From Mobula hypostoma (Eukaryota): 64,000 nucleotides of DNA. This document shows positions 63,989 to 64,000 of this stretch, one piece after another (the stretch's first letter is position 1; the number at the start of each line of letters is the position of its first letter). The position numbers were made by a program, and so were the translations under genes. The stretch is taken from positions 5,890,001 through 5,954,000 of the forward strand of contig NW_026948187.1 of NCBI RefSeq assembly GCF_963921235.1, read 5' to 3'. Under the pieces are notes generated by a model. The model made no database searches and was not told where the DNA came from. It saw only the letters and a list, made by a program, of their open reading frames with translations.

Positions 63989-64000
63989 ATGGAGGACAGC
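63989..64000 (+). CDS. Start of paralog C exon 1 (MEDS...), continues beyond the window
   Basis: ATGGAGGACAGC and ~1.2 kb upstream are an inverted copy of the gene B start. Confidence 0.7.

Larger units (their letters stand above)
59459..64000. repeat. Inverted duplication: 59459-60692 versus 62768-64000 (head-to-head promoter / exon 1 modules)
   Basis: Near-identical ORF translations on opposite strands (60072+ vs 63389-; 59539+ vs 63923-). Confidence 0.92.

Overview
Vertebrate (non-prokaryotic) genomic DNA. The CR1 LINEs, Penelope-like elements, V-SINE and 52-bp GC-rich minisatellite suggest a cartilaginous fish, probably a ray (inference). None of the long single ORFs in the supplied track is a host gene. 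Manual splicing instead reveals a cluster of NK-complex-like type II transmembrane C-type-lectin-like receptor genes. Gene B (minus strand, 59470->33502) has 9 coding exons, all GT-AG and phase-compatible, giving a 1134-nt open CDS (377 aa). It encodes four cytoplasmic Tyr-motif exons including a duplicated ITIM exon, a TM segment, a coiled-coil neck and an unusually compact Cys-rich CTLD. Paralog A (plus strand, 13375->23631) is a pseudogene with a premature stop, a frameshift and LINE insertions. Also present are an orphan exon 1 (11193), an orphan CTLD exon remnant (60831), and the start of gene C at the window end (63989), arranged head-to-head with B in a ~4.5-kb quasi-palindrome. The first ~14 kb is a tandem amplification of the upstream module of these genes. 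The rest is TE-derived: many CR1 copies, a deleted PNMA-gag Gypsy element with a nested solo LTR, Penelope elements carrying hammerhead ribozyme motifs, a Tc1 end and a V-SINE.
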